From a virus (Duplodnaviria > Caudoviricetes): a stretch of DNA of 64,000 nt. The stretch lies in IMG/VR virus record IMGVR_UViG_3300028788_000011, positions 3,449-67,448 of that record. One strand, 5' to 3'. Shown piece after piece: positions 35,381 to 44,904 of this stretch (positions are counted from its first letter, which is position 1; every line of letters starts with the position of its first letter). The translations under genes and the position numbers were made by a program. The notes beneath the pieces were generated by a model that was not told the origin of the DNA, searched no databases, and was given only the letters and a program-made list of their open reading frames with translations.

Positions 35381-36514
35381 TTATTTTATCCTTTCAACGG
35401 TAACTAAACCGCTGCCCGCCGTGCCAGATGTTGCACTCGTGGATGACGAGGCAGCACCACCAGTACCACCACCAATAGATGAATTGCCCGTGATACAGGA
35501 GGTTCCTGTACATCCACCAGTACCGCCCAAAATTCCGGTATTCCCGCTAGCGAAACCGGCGGTGCTGCCGCCACTTCCCCCGCCGGTCCCAGGGGATACG
35601 GATGGCTCGTTTCCTTGTGAACCCCCGCCCGTGATAGCCCGCCACGGTTCGAACAGAGAATCAAACCCGAAGGATATCGCGTTTGTCGCAGAGCCAGAAG
35701 CAGCCCCCGTGCGGTAAGCTCCGTCCGTGCTTGCCGCTGACGCAAAGTGGAGTCCATTGACGCCGGCACTTCCGCCAGGACAAGCACTCCCAACGCTGAC
35801 GCCGCCGACTCCGCCAGAACCGCCGCCTCCGCCACATCCGCCAGAACCGCTGGAACCGCCCGCGCCGCCGACTCCGCCTCCGCCGCCCGCGCCGTTTTGA
35901 GTAGTGCCGGCACCGCCCGCGCCGCTAGTTCCGTTTGGCCATCCGCCCGCGCCGCCTCCGCCCGAGATAATCCCGGATGCAGACCATGTGACATTGCCGC
36001 CCGCGCCGCCTGTTTGATTGTTGGAGCCACCTGACCCGACCCCGCCGGCACCTCCCGTAACGCTTATTGTTTTGCTACAAGTCCCCCCGCTGCCGCCAGT
36101 CGCTTGAATGGTAGTGAACCCTGACGCGGTGACGCTAGTAGTTCCCCCGGCATTTCCGTTCGCGCAAGTTGATCCTGTCGATTCAGCAATTCCAGCGCCA
36201 CCAGCGCCCACCGTGATTGTCAGAACCGTGCCGGAAATAAACGACTGATCAACCTCCGCGAATCCACCACCACCACCTCCAGACGAAGCACAAGGCGAAT
36301 TTAAGCACGCCGCGCCGGAACCGCCACCACCTTCGACAGATACTCGATAGGTTCCCGTTACGGGAATTGTATAAGTTGTTGATGTGGGAAAAAATATTGC
36401 CGGTTGTAGTGCAGACCCGCCGCCAGCGAATTGACTGAAATCGCTCGCGAAAGAGGTCGCATAAAAGCACAATAAAACTGCTGAAAGGATTGCCCGATTG
36501 ATGAAATTTCGCAT
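35381..36514 (-). CDS. Glycine-rich fibre-associated protein with Sec signal peptide
   Basis: Start reassigned to ATG 36514 (TAATG coupling): MRNFINRAILSAVLLCFYATSFA|SDFSQFAGGG; paralogue of 38101-39231. Confidence 0.8.
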   Translation of the reverse strand: MRNFINRAILSAVLLCFYATSFASDFSQFAGGGSALQPAIFFPTSTTYTIPVTGTYRVSVEGGGGSGAACLNSPCASSGGGGGGFAEVDQSFISGTVLTITVGAGGAGIAESTGSTCANGNAGGTTSVTASGFTTIQATGGSGGTCSKTISVTGGAGGVGSGGSNNQTGGAGGNVTWSASGIISGGGGAGGWPNGTSGAGGAGTTQNGAGGGGGVGGAGGSSGSGGCGGGGGSGGVGGVSVGSACPGGSAGVNGLHFASAASTDGAYRTGAASGSATNAISFGFDSLFEPWRAITGGGSQGNEPSVSPGTGGGSGGSTAGFASGNTGILGGTGGCTGTSCITGNSSIGGGTGGAASSSTSATSGTAGSGLVTVERIK

Positions 36515-38091
36515 TATTTTATTCTCCAGCCAGGTGTTGTCGTGTAATACATCAAGCAAAATGATGCATAATTTGTTGTCACTGTCATGTCTGCGGCGGA
36601 CCCCATAATATTTGAACCGTTGCGAGAAATGGTCAATGTGTTCGTGCTGAATGTTCCTGCTGCGTCTGAAACACATACTTGATTGTACTGACTTGGCGTG
36701 GGTGGCAATGTGATTGCGAACGCACCGCCACTGGTATCTGCAAAGATATTATCGCTATTAGCGGCGGTGTAAGTTGTCGTTTTTGTGATGTAATTATTTG
36801 CCCCACCTCCCGATCCATTTGCCGCCGCCGTCAAACGACCTTTTGCGTCTACCGTAATATTCGCTGATGTATAACTTCCTGGGGTGACGGCGGTATTCGC
36901 AAGCGTTGTCGCGGTAGACCCTGCACTTGTCGTTATATCTCCGGTAAATGCAGGTTCTTGAGAGGCTGCTAGAGACCCTGAAATATCGGAGAATGCAGGT
37001 TGTGATTTATGCGGAACGCCGCTGGTGCTGATTGAGTCAATCCAATTGCTTGCTGAACTCGTAATGCTTTCAATTCCTCCGAGTGTCGTTGCCGTTGGTG
37101 CGGGGATGATCGATGCTGCAATCAGCCCACTTCCATTAGTTTCAACAACGGTGTTGTTTCCAGTTGTGCCAACCGGAAGGCCTGCCGCCAATATATTTCC
37201 TGTTGCGCCATTCCATTGCGGGAGATATCCATTTGTAGACGACCCTGGCCCGGTAAACGTGCTGCCGCAGCTATTGGAAAGAACGCCCCCGGAAAGCGTC
37301 AGGCAACTCCCGACTGCAACCGCCGCCCCACTCCCAGGCGTAGCCGACCCACCCCAAAGCTGCGAAGCGGTAGGCGGCGTGCCGGAAAACAAAACCGCCG
37401 TCCTCGAATTCCCCGCTCCACGCCATTCTGCGTTCGCCAGATCGTAAATCAGCCAGATATCGCGCCCTGGCTGAATCACAAGCGTCGAACTTCCGTCGAT
37501 CGTTGTCCCGCTGCCAGCGGTCACGGTGTCGGTTGCGCTTGCATCCACGTTAGCGATATTGATCTGCGTCCCATTCGCCAATCCGGTTGCGCCCGCTGCC
37601 GGCAGCGTGTCGGTCATCGCCGTGCCGCCATTGCTGCGCCGTGTCTTTTTGAACAGGTCGGCGGTGCCGAAGGCGTAGTTGCTCTGCGTGACAGTCGATG
37701 GCGGCAATAGCGCTTCGATCTTGCCGGTACCGGGATTGCCGACCGATGCCCCGAGAGGAAAGCCAGCAATTGGGAATAAAGGCAAATGCGTCGACGCATT
37801 GATTCCGAGTAAATTTACCCAACTCGTGCCGTCGTATTCATCCAATGAATATGGAGTTCCGGCAGTGTTTAGCCAGAGATTACCGATTGATGGAGAGGCC
37901 GGTGCTGTCGCAGAATTGAATTGCCCAAAAATATTATTGATGTCGCTATAAGCAGCAGCAAAATTTGAGCGTATCGGGCCGGATGACAGATTTTCTTTGA
38001 AAGCTGGTTCAGAAGGGTTAACGCTTGACCCAACGGCTCCTGCAGTGATCGATGCGATCAGCAGAAAAATTGAAATAATGATTTTTTTCAA
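36514..38091 (-). CDS. Tail-fibre-like protein with Sec signal peptide
   Basis: MKKIIISIFLLIASITAGA|; fibre motifs TAVTPGSYTSANITVDAKGRLTAA and ADTSGGAFAITLP...GWRIK. Confidence 0.8.
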   Translation of the reverse strand: MKKIIISIFLLIASITAGAVGSSVNPSEPAFKENLSSGPIRSNFAAAYSDINNIFGQFNSATAPASPSIGNLWLNTAGTPYSLDEYDGTSWVNLLGINASTHLPLFPIAGFPLGASVGNPGTGKIEALLPPSTVTQSNYAFGTADLFKKTRRSNGGTAMTDTLPAAGATGLANGTQINIANVDASATDTVTAGSGTTIDGSSTLVIQPGRDIWLIYDLANAEWRGAGNSRTAVLFSGTPPTASQLWGGSATPGSGAAVAVGSCLTLSGGVLSNSCGSTFTGPGSSTNGYLPQWNGATGNILAAGLPVGTTGNNTVVETNGSGLIAASIIPAPTATTLGGIESITSSASNWIDSISTSGVPHKSQPAFSDISGSLAASQEPAFTGDITTSAGSTATTLANTAVTPGSYTSANITVDAKGRLTAAANGSGGGANNYITKTTTYTAANSDNIFADTSGGAFAITLPPTPSQYNQVCVSDAAGTFSTNTLTISRNGSNIMGSAADMTVTTNYASFCLMYYTTTPGWRIK

Positions 38092-38100
38092 GATGCCCCC

Positions 38101-39231
38101 TTACCCGATTCGTTCGATCGTAACAATGCCGTTGCCGCCGGCTCCGCTCTTGACGCCGTTTCCAGCCATGCCGCCGCCGCCAGCACCAAAGCCGCCCAGA
38201 CCTCCAACGCCACCGCCTCCCGAAATCCCACCGCCTCCCGAACCACCGCCGCCGCCGCCACATGTCCCGCCGCAAGCGCCAAAGTAACCAGTCCCACTGC
38301 CGCCCCCACCAGCACCAAGCCCTCCATTCGTTCCGAGGTTCGCTCCGCCGCTGCCGCCGCCGCCAGTGAATGAGCGCCACGGATCGAACAACGATTCAAA
38401 ACCCACACTAGCTATTGTTAAATTTTGAGCACTGAGCGTAACGGTACGGCTAATACCATCCGCGCCAACGGTGCTTGTGCTCGCACCGAATGACCCCAAA
38501 CGTGGGACGCCACCAAGACCAACAGCATTTGTAGCGTTCACCGACGCCCCTCCCGTACCCGCGCCGCCCGTTGCAGAACTCGCGCTAGTTGCGGTCGCCA
38601 TACCGCCAGCGAAACCGCCCACGCCGCCGCCGCCGCCGCTGGCTGAATATGTCGACGTTCCCGTGATTGATGTCAGCGCCGCGCCGCCCGCGCCACCCGT
38701 GCCCAAAGGCGTAGCCGCCGCGCCGCCGCCTGCCGCAGCTTGGGCTACGCCGGTACTTGTCGATGTGGCTTGAGCAGCCCCGCCATTGCCCCCGCTTTGG
38801 TTGTTCGAGCCGCCCGATGCAGTGCCTGCGCTGCCACCGTATACCTGAGTGCCAGAGACAATACTGGCGCCGCCACCGCCGCCGCCGGTTGCCGTTAACG
38901 ACAGCCCGGTTGCAGTCACCGTCGTGGATGTTCCGGCGTTGCCAATTACCGCAGTACCATTTGTCGCCGTAACCCCGGCGCCACCCACTCCAGGTGAAAT
39001 AGTGATAGCCGTACCAGATGGTAGGAAGACATCGATTTCAGAGAAGCCGCCGCCGCCACCACCCGCAGCGGCTTGCGCTGTCCCAGTGCTGGTATATGCC
39101 ATGCCACCAGCGCCGCCAGCGCCAAGCGCAGATATCCGATAAATACCAGCGATCACGATCGTGTATACGGTTGAAAACGGGAAGAAAATAGCAGGTTGCT
39201 GTGGACTCTGGCTGCCGAGTAAAATACTCAT
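38101..39231 (-). CDS. Glycine-rich tail-fibre-associated protein (no signal peptide)
   Basis: QPAIFFPFSTVYTI...GGGGG repeats...GIVTIERIG. Confidence 0.8.
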   Translation of the reverse strand: MSILLGSQSPQQPAIFFPFSTVYTIVIAGIYRISALGAGGAGGMAYTSTGTAQAAAGGGGGGFSEIDVFLPSGTAITISPGVGGAGVTATNGTAVIGNAGTSTTVTATGLSLTATGGGGGGASIVSGTQVYGGSAGTASGGSNNQSGGNGGAAQATSTSTGVAQAAAGGGAAATPLGTGGAGGAALTSITGTSTYSASGGGGGVGGFAGGMATATSASSATGGAGTGGASVNATNAVGLGGVPRLGSFGASTSTVGADGISRTVTLSAQNLTIASVGFESLFDPWRSFTGGGGSGGANLGTNGGLGAGGGGSGTGYFGACGGTCGGGGGGSGGGGISGGGGVGGLGGFGAGGGGMAGNGVKSGAGGNGIVTIERIG

Positions 39232-39233
39232 CG

Positions 39234-40598
39234 TTATTGCTCCATGGTGATGTTTACCAACTGGAAATCACCAGTATTTGTATCGGCGCCGTTGGCGGCG
39301 AGTCTGGTCAAAACGAAGTTTACCAAATCCTGTGATGCCAATGTCGATGCCGGTATCTCCATCACAGCAGCCAAATAATTTGACAAATTCCCTGCCGTCG
39401 CTGGAGCCGCGACAGATTCAACGGCATTGGTATATGCGACAGTCCCTAGCGGTCCATTTGCGAAGATCTGATACCCGAGTTGCAGGTAGAAATTTCCGGC
39501 ACCAACATCCCCAGTAAAATGCAGCCGCATTTTCAACGGCTTGGCGGGATTTAGCGTAGACAGGACTGGCATCGACCAAGACACAGCCATCGCATAGGCT
39601 TTGATAAACTGCGAAACAGAGGTATCACCGACCTGGCTTTTAAATGCAGGCGTGGTGCCATACCCCGACAAGATCGGGACAACGTACCGAAACGGTGTCG
39701 CGGCATCAGCATAGGCGCACGTCGCCAAGGCAGTCGTACCAGTCATTGGCGGCTGCGTAACCGCGTCTGCCAGCGCATAACGCACGTTCGAGCCATCGCA
39801 AAATACTGTGTCGGCAGCTCCCTGCGCAACGGGTACGCCGGTACCACCAAGCGCAATGGCAGTGACGGTCCACGGTCCGGTTGTGGCATTGACTACGACC
39901 CAGCGGCCAGGGGCGGCAGGGAATGTCAGTGTGACATTTGCCGTCAGCGCTCCCGTTACTTCGATGATCTTGTTGTTTGCCGTCAGAGCAGAAACATTGA
40001 CTACACCTCCAGTCGTGGCCGCTGTTGCCAGCCACGGCGATTGCGGATCGGCCCAACTGAAATCACCGGCAGCAGATGAATTTTTCTGTAGCATCTGATA
40101 CTGGGCCCCGCCGGGGAGAATGTACCCAGGTGTGATTGTCGAGATAACCCATGCCCGTGTGGCGCCGACAAGGCTGGGGTCGATCGTCACCGTCACCAGC
40201 GCCGTATTGGAAATTATCATCCCGAGATTGATGACGAGATCCAATGTAGTGCCGCTGGCGGCCACAGCCTTGATGGTATCAGGGTAATTTGCTATAGCGA
40301 ATAGGACCCCGCCAGATGTGAATACCCCCACCTCACGTACGGTGAAGCCGCCAACGGTCGGCGGGACACTCAACTGTGCCCACATCAAATTCGGATTTAA
40401 TGGGTCGACCGACAGCCCATTTATAGTAGTCGAGTAGACCTGATTAACCAGCGTCGTGCGCGTCGGATCCGGGGAAGCAATAGGACTGCCGCCGCCATCG
40501 CCGACGGACATGGTAGAGAGGACGATAGGCGTACCAGACATCAGCGCGGCTGCGTAGAGCGCCTCTCCGGCAACTGTCAAAACGGCAGAATAGGTCAT
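39234..40598 (-). CDS. Baseplate-attached tail fibre
   Basis: P2 gpH-like N-terminus (LTVAGEALYAAA...VGDGGG...VREVGVF...IANYP). Confidence 0.85.
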   Translation of the reverse strand: MTYSAVLTVAGEALYAAALMSGTPIVLSTMSVGDGGGSPIASPDPTRTTLVNQVYSTTINGLSVDPLNPNLMWAQLSVPPTVGGFTVREVGVFTSGGVLFAIANYPDTIKAVAASGTTLDLVINLGMIISNTALVTVTIDPSLVGATRAWVISTITPGYILPGGAQYQMLQKNSSAAGDFSWADPQSPWLATAATTGGVVNVSALTANNKIIEVTGALTANVTLTFPAAPGRWVVVNATTGPWTVTAIALGGTGVPVAQGAADTVFCDGSNVRYALADAVTQPPMTGTTALATCAYADAATPFRYVVPILSGYGTTPAFKSQVGDTSVSQFIKAYAMAVSWSMPVLSTLNPAKPLKMRLHFTGDVGAGNFYLQLGYQIFANGPLGTVAYTNAVESVAAPATAGNLSNYLAAVMEIPASTLASQDLVNFVLTRLAANGADTNTGDFQLVNITMEQ

Positions 40599-40625
40599 TG
40601 TCGCGGGTTCTTTTTTGTTAAAGAA

Positions 40626-40641
40626 ATTATGGTGTCACGGC
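40626..40641 (-). promoter_or_regulatory. Late-promoter-like motif GCCGTGAC-AC-CATAAT upstream of the tail fibre
   Basis: Motif match; overlaps the upstream stop codon. Confidence 0.6.
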
Positions 40642-41606
40642 GGCGGATAAACGTATGTTGTGCAGCCTGAAATGACGGCGGCTCCAATATATGTCGTTCC
40701 TTCGATCGGGCTGATAACCGACAGCACGCGCAAAAATGTGCCGGCATCGCGCATTTTATTCACGATTGCTTGCACGGAAGTTTCGATTTCCCCAAGTGTC
40801 ATCACACTCAACAGCGCCAAACTCGCTGAAAAATTCACATCGAAAAGACCGTAGCTGTTGTTGGTCAGCGTCGGGTAATCGGGGACGGTCACGGCACCAC
40901 CGCCGTTGATGGCGCGCAACGCTTCAGCGATAGCGATATTATTCCCAAGCGGCCTGATAACCATCGCGATAATGCGCGGCCCGTATTGCGGGTCGAGTTC
41001 GCCTTGATTTCTGGGGATACCGTAAAAATTTCCGAGAAAATCAAGCCATGACCCATTGGCATTGACCGTATTCATTTGCGCCGGCATGGCGATGATTTGT
41101 GTCCGAGCGGTCTCAAGTTCTTCTGCGCATGCGTCCATGTACGCCCACCAAAAATTGGTGTACCCGTAAAGGAAGCCGCCATTTTGTTGCGTCGACGACC
41201 CGCTGCCATTGATGAGCACTAATGCGCTCAAGGCAGCCATGCCAGACGAGTTTGTGTAGCTAACCGAATACCCTGCCTGAGTCGCGATGAATTCGGCGAG
41301 CCCGGTAATAGTGTACTTGCTTAGATCGATCGCCAATGTCGTGCCGCTGCCACCGATAGGTGTAATCGTCAAAATAGATGTCGTGCTGGGAATATAGGCA
41401 TTATTTATTCCATCCCAATTGGTTGACCCATCATCCCAAGTGGTTGACCCATCATCCCAGGTCCAGATAGCTGTATAGACGGGAGCATCTTTTATAGACC
41501 ATGTGAAACTGGTTCCGGCATATGAAATAGCAAGCGCGAGGAACGGCAACGGGTCTTTTTTAAAGACTCGATTGAGATAGCCAATGAGTTTTTTTGTGAT
41601 TTGCAT
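40635..41606 (-). CDS. Baseplate wedge protein (gpI-like C-terminal half)
   Basis: ANGSWLDFLGNFYGIPR motif; follows baseplate J; contains a WDDGST repeat. Confidence 0.7.
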   Translation of the reverse strand: MQITKKLIGYLNRVFKKDPLPFLALAISYAGTSFTWSIKDAPVYTAIWTWDDGSTTWDDGSTNWDGINNAYIPSTTSILTITPIGGSGTTLAIDLSKYTITGLAEFIATQAGYSVSYTNSSGMAALSALVLINGSGSSTQQNGGFLYGYTNFWWAYMDACAEELETARTQIIAMPAQMNTVNANGSWLDFLGNFYGIPRNQGELDPQYGPRIIAMVIRPLGNNIAIAEALRAINGGGAVTVPDYPTLTNNSYGLFDVNFSASLALLSVMTLGEIETSVQAIVNKMRDAGTFLRVLSVISPIEGTTYIGAAVISGCTTYVYPPP

Positions 41607-41607
41607 A

Positions 41608-42753
41608 TCAGGTCAACGTGATCGTGCCAGGCATCAGTTTTTGCGACACCGTGGCCGTTACGTCGGCTGCCGGTAAGCTCCCGACATAGTTGTAGACGCC
41701 GGGGATGTTCATCACGAGCGCGACGATCTCTGCTTCAATCGCGGATTGACCTATGGCAAGCGCTATCAGATAGGACGTGATTGCGGCAGCGGCCAACGTC
41801 TCCAACCCGGGAACGGTGACGCCGTTTATCACCTGATCTGTCAGTGAATAGCCAGCCGCTGCCGTAATGACCCCAGTCACGGGCACGGCTACCTCGGTCG
41901 CGATAACAGTGTTCACATTGACGCCAGCGGCCTTGTACCCAGGAACGGCTACGCCGGAAGAATTATAATAGCCGAGGATCACGTTATTGACGCTCGTTTG
42001 CAATGCCACGGAAGTGCTGCCGATGCCATTGTGGATATAGCAATTCACAACACTCACAGGCTGTGTGTCATCGGTGAGCCAGGGTTCGACGACGCTGGAC
42101 AAGCGCACTTGCTCGATGATATTGCCGTTGGCATCTTGCACGTTCGCAAGCGTCATCGCATAGTACAGCGCCGCCACGGTCCCGCGCGGCAGCGAGTTTA
42201 CGAATGCGGCGAACCGGATTTGCTGGGCCGCCGGCGTCTCGGTATCGAGCCCATTCACGAACGGAGACAAATTGGTGGCGCTGGAAAATCCTACCGGCGC
42301 AGGCGTCATCGTGAATGCTACATCGGCAACCAAATTCGTGGATGAACCAGTGGTAGTAGCTGTCACGGGAACGCTGACCGTGGTAGTGCTTGGCGGTATG
42401 GTTACGCTGGCAGTCGACGACCATGTGATAGCTGTCGCCGTCGCCGAGAACACCGTCCCAGCCGAGATGATGATTGGGTTCGTCGACGCTGCCACGGTAA
42501 CTGTCATGGTGCCGCTGGACCCGATGGCTGACAGTGGCGGGAAATTGAATGATTGGAAAACGCTTACCGGAATCGCTTGCGTGAGTCCGTTGAACATCTG
42601 CTGGTAAAGCTGGTCGATCTCAATCGCTGGCGCTTCCACTAGCGTGCGGCCAGCGGCACCAATGTTGAAGTCGGTCAAATTTGTTTGCGTCGCTTTCATG
42701 CGGTTTACCATCGACGCAACAATAGAAACAAAATTTTTGAGTTGGAATGCCAC
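41608..42753 (-). CDS. Baseplate J-like protein
   Basis: TDFNIGAAGRTLVEA, GLDTET...IRFAAFVNSLPRGT. Confidence 0.85.
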   Translation of the reverse strand: MAFQLKNFVSIVASMVNRMKATQTNLTDFNIGAAGRTLVEAPAIEIDQLYQQMFNGLTQAIPVSVFQSFNFPPLSAIGSSGTMTVTVAASTNPIIISAGTVFSATATAITWSSTASVTIPPSTTTVSVPVTATTTGSSTNLVADVAFTMTPAPVGFSSATNLSPFVNGLDTETPAAQQIRFAAFVNSLPRGTVAALYYAMTLANVQDANGNIIEQVRLSSVVEPWLTDDTQPVSVVNCYIHNGIGSTSVALQTSVNNVILGYYNSSGVAVPGYKAAGVNVNTVIATEVAVPVTGVITAAAGYSLTDQVINGVTVPGLETLAAAAITSYLIALAIGQSAIEAEIVALVMNIPGVYNYVGSLPAADVTATVSQKLMPGTITLT

Positions 42754-42762
42754 TATCGATCC

Positions 42763-43377
42763 CTAATAAGTTATCCCGGTTTTTGACGTAGTGCCCTGCA
42801 CAGTCGGTGCAATTACAGTAACGGAAATTGCATCGCCGACTAGCGTCCCAACTGAACTGGTGATACTGGATATTCTGGGGTCGGCCGATACGGTATCGCT
42901 CGCATATTGCGCGGCCAACAGCACAGCCGCATGGTTATTCATCGTCCCAAGAAGTTTCCTTATTTCCGTGCCGTAAGTCTGGTGAAAAAGCAATTCACCT
43001 TGATCGGTGTCGAGCGCATTTGTGAGCGCCTGTTTAAGATTTTGGACGCCACTTACTGTCCCAATATCCCCGTTCACGAATATCGGCAACCCGTTCTGCA
43101 GCAATATGTCCGTTCCAAAAACAGCATTGGGGTCATTCGTATCTGCCCCGGGCGTGCTCCCCGGCACGGTGATGTAGCCGCCATTTAGGAATACGCCGGT
43201 TCCGGCCTTTGCCGGGTCGTCAGTCAGGTAGGGATAGACCATGCCATTGAGCGCGATGATGGTCGACCACTGGCTGGCGTCACCGAGCTCGCGCGCGGCC
43301 ACGGACAGTAACGTGTCGCCGTACTGCGTCAGGACAAAACGGTATCCGACAAGTGGCCGATCAAAAGGCGTGCTCAT
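42763..43377 (-). CDS. LysM + gp25-like baseplate wedge protein
   Basis: GDTLLSVAARELGDASQWSTIIALN (LysM-like); NLKQAL...GELLFHQTYG...ADPRI (gp25). Confidence 0.8.
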   Translation of the reverse strand: MSTPFDRPLVGYRFVLTQYGDTLLSVAARELGDASQWSTIIALNGMVYPYLTDDPAKAGTGVFLNGGYITVPGSTPGADTNDPNAVFGTDILLQNGLPIFVNGDIGTVSGVQNLKQALTNALDTDQGELLFHQTYGTEIRKLLGTMNNHAAVLLAAQYASDTVSADPRISSITSSVGTLVGDAISVTVIAPTVQGTTSKTGITY

Positions 43378-44603
43378 TTGAGTGTTATCCCGGATGCGAT
43401 GGCGCCTGCTGCAGTACCAAGCGCCGACATGGACATTGGCGCCAATACCGGATCTGAATTATTGATGAGCGCAAGCGATTGCTGCGCGGCCGGCGTAATC
43501 GTCACAGTCGGCGGCAAGACAGTCGGCACCACGATGACCGGTGCCGCCGCAGTGGTCGATGCCGGTGCCGGCGCATTTTGCGGGGCCCCAACTACCGCAT
43601 AAAATGGGTTCGTGTCAGCGTATGGACTTGGTGGAGAGCCTCCACTGGTACTACTGCAATTTGATGCGCCGTACAAAGGCGTGTAGTCTGGATACGTCTG
43701 CACCGTGTTGACGGCGTTATTGAGCAAGCACAAGATATTTGAAAAATCGGAAGCAGTCGCCATGGCCGCAGCAGACTGTGATGTCGACCCCGACATGCTG
43801 GCAATCGTTGAAAACATGGTCGCGCCGGCCTGCGCGCACGCTATCGCTGGCCCGAGTAGGCTCTGCGGTATCGACTGCGCATTTTGTATCAAATTGGTAA
43901 CGCTCTGAAAAATGGTCGTTGCCGTATTGATGTAAGCAGTTACCTGCCCTATTGCACTCTTGACGAAATTAACAACATTATTGGCTGCCGCAATGAGGTT
44001 TTTGATTGACGCCAGCAAGCCCGCGAGACCGCCAGCAGAGGACGGTGCCGGTGGCGGCACAACCTTCCAGGCTATGGAAATCATCGAAATGTTGTACTGC
44101 ATCAGCAGAGGCCGCGACTTTGAGCGGCGAAGTGTGAAAGTCATCGGGATCACGGAGTCGAGGTTCTGGTTGAGCGTATCGACAAAAACCAACATGACGC
44201 CGGCGGGGTCTTTCCCTGCCTTTAGCGCCTTGTTGCGCCGCGCATGCCAGTCCGTGAATACCTGATTTTTTAAATTTGAAAACTGGACCCTGCCATCGCC
44301 AGACTTATTACCACGCCAGCCAGTGGTACCGCTGATATTGATTGTCGAGAGGCCGACACCAAAATCATCGCCCCAGGCACCGCCAAGCGTCTGCTGCACG
44401 GTTATGCGCGACACATCAGTGCGGGTCAAGTCCTCGGGACGGATAATCAGATCAAGAGATTTGCTGCCGCCATTTGCTTTGTCGAGTAGAACGAATGTTA
44501 CCGCCAACGCCTTTTGACTCGATGGCGGCGATGGCGCGCCTACTAACGAGTTAAGCGAACTCGCAGCACCATTGATAGCCGACGTGATGGACGATATGGA
44601 CAT
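43374..44603 (-). CDS. Probable baseplate hub / tail-tube initiator
   Basis: IRPEDLTRTDVSRITVQQTLGGAWGDDFG; position in the tail operon. Confidence 0.6.
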   Translation of the reverse strand: MSISSITSAINGAASSLNSLVGAPSPPSSQKALAVTFVLLDKANGGSKSLDLIIRPEDLTRTDVSRITVQQTLGGAWGDDFGVGLSTINISGTTGWRGNKSGDGRVQFSNLKNQVFTDWHARRNKALKAGKDPAGVMLVFVDTLNQNLDSVIPMTFTLRRSKSRPLLMQYNISMISIAWKVVPPPAPSSAGGLAGLLASIKNLIAAANNVVNFVKSAIGQVTAYINTATTIFQSVTNLIQNAQSIPQSLLGPAIACAQAGATMFSTIASMSGSTSQSAAAMATASDFSNILCLLNNAVNTVQTYPDYTPLYGASNCSSTSGGSPPSPYADTNPFYAVVGAPQNAPAPASTTAAAPVIVVPTVLPPTVTITPAAQQSLALINNSDPVLAPMSMSALGTAAGAIASGITLK

Positions 44604-44609
44604 GGCTTG

Positions 44610-44625
44610 ATTATGTGGTCACGAA
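44610..44625 (-). promoter_or_regulatory. Late-promoter-like motif TTCGTGAC-CA-CATAAT, 6 nt before ATG 44603
   Basis: Motif fills most of the 25-bp gap; no Shine-Dalgarno. Confidence 0.7.
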
Positions 44626-44628
44626 CGC

Positions 44629-44904
44629 TCACACCGTGGAGCAATTCGGAGCGAAACCACTATTTAGAACCGCGCCGCAGCCAGCGACTGATCCGTTGAT
44701 GGCTAGGGCCAAGCCGCCGACAGTCGCTTTCGTGGCGCCGCCAGATACGATCACCGTCGTGCCATGCCCTGGTATTGGGCATACATGCAGGTCACCGACC
44801 CGACAGACCGCGCCGGCAGGCGTCGAGAATTTTGACCCTGTAGCCGTAGTCATTGATCCGCCATGACTTGACGTCGTACCGATGACAGCAATATTTGGCG
44901 TCAA
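44629..44904 (-). CDS. PAAR-like spike tip protein
   Basis: SSHGG, VGDLHVCPIPGHG, GSVAGCGA. Confidence 0.85.
   Translation of the reverse strand: MTPNIAVIGTTSSHGGSMTTATGSKFSTPAGAVCRVGDLHVCPIPGHGTTVIVSGGATKATVGGLALAINGSVAGCGAVLNSGFAPNCSTV

Noticed and set aside
35404-36051. Alternative-frame ORFs over the Gly-rich genes (also 35747..36034, 38018..38408, 38471..39142)
   Set aside because: Products of GGC/GCC low-complexity sequence; no start signals or motifs
36515-36676. Longer N-terminus given by the ORF track for 35381..36676
   Set aside because: Overlaps the upstream fibre gene; ATG 36514 is coupled to its stop and yields a clean signal peptide
35381-39231. Diversity-generating retroelement acting on the paralogous Gly-rich genes
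   Set aside because: Similarity is at protein-motif level only; no near-identical TR/VR pair with adenine-specific mismatches and no reverse transcriptase in the window
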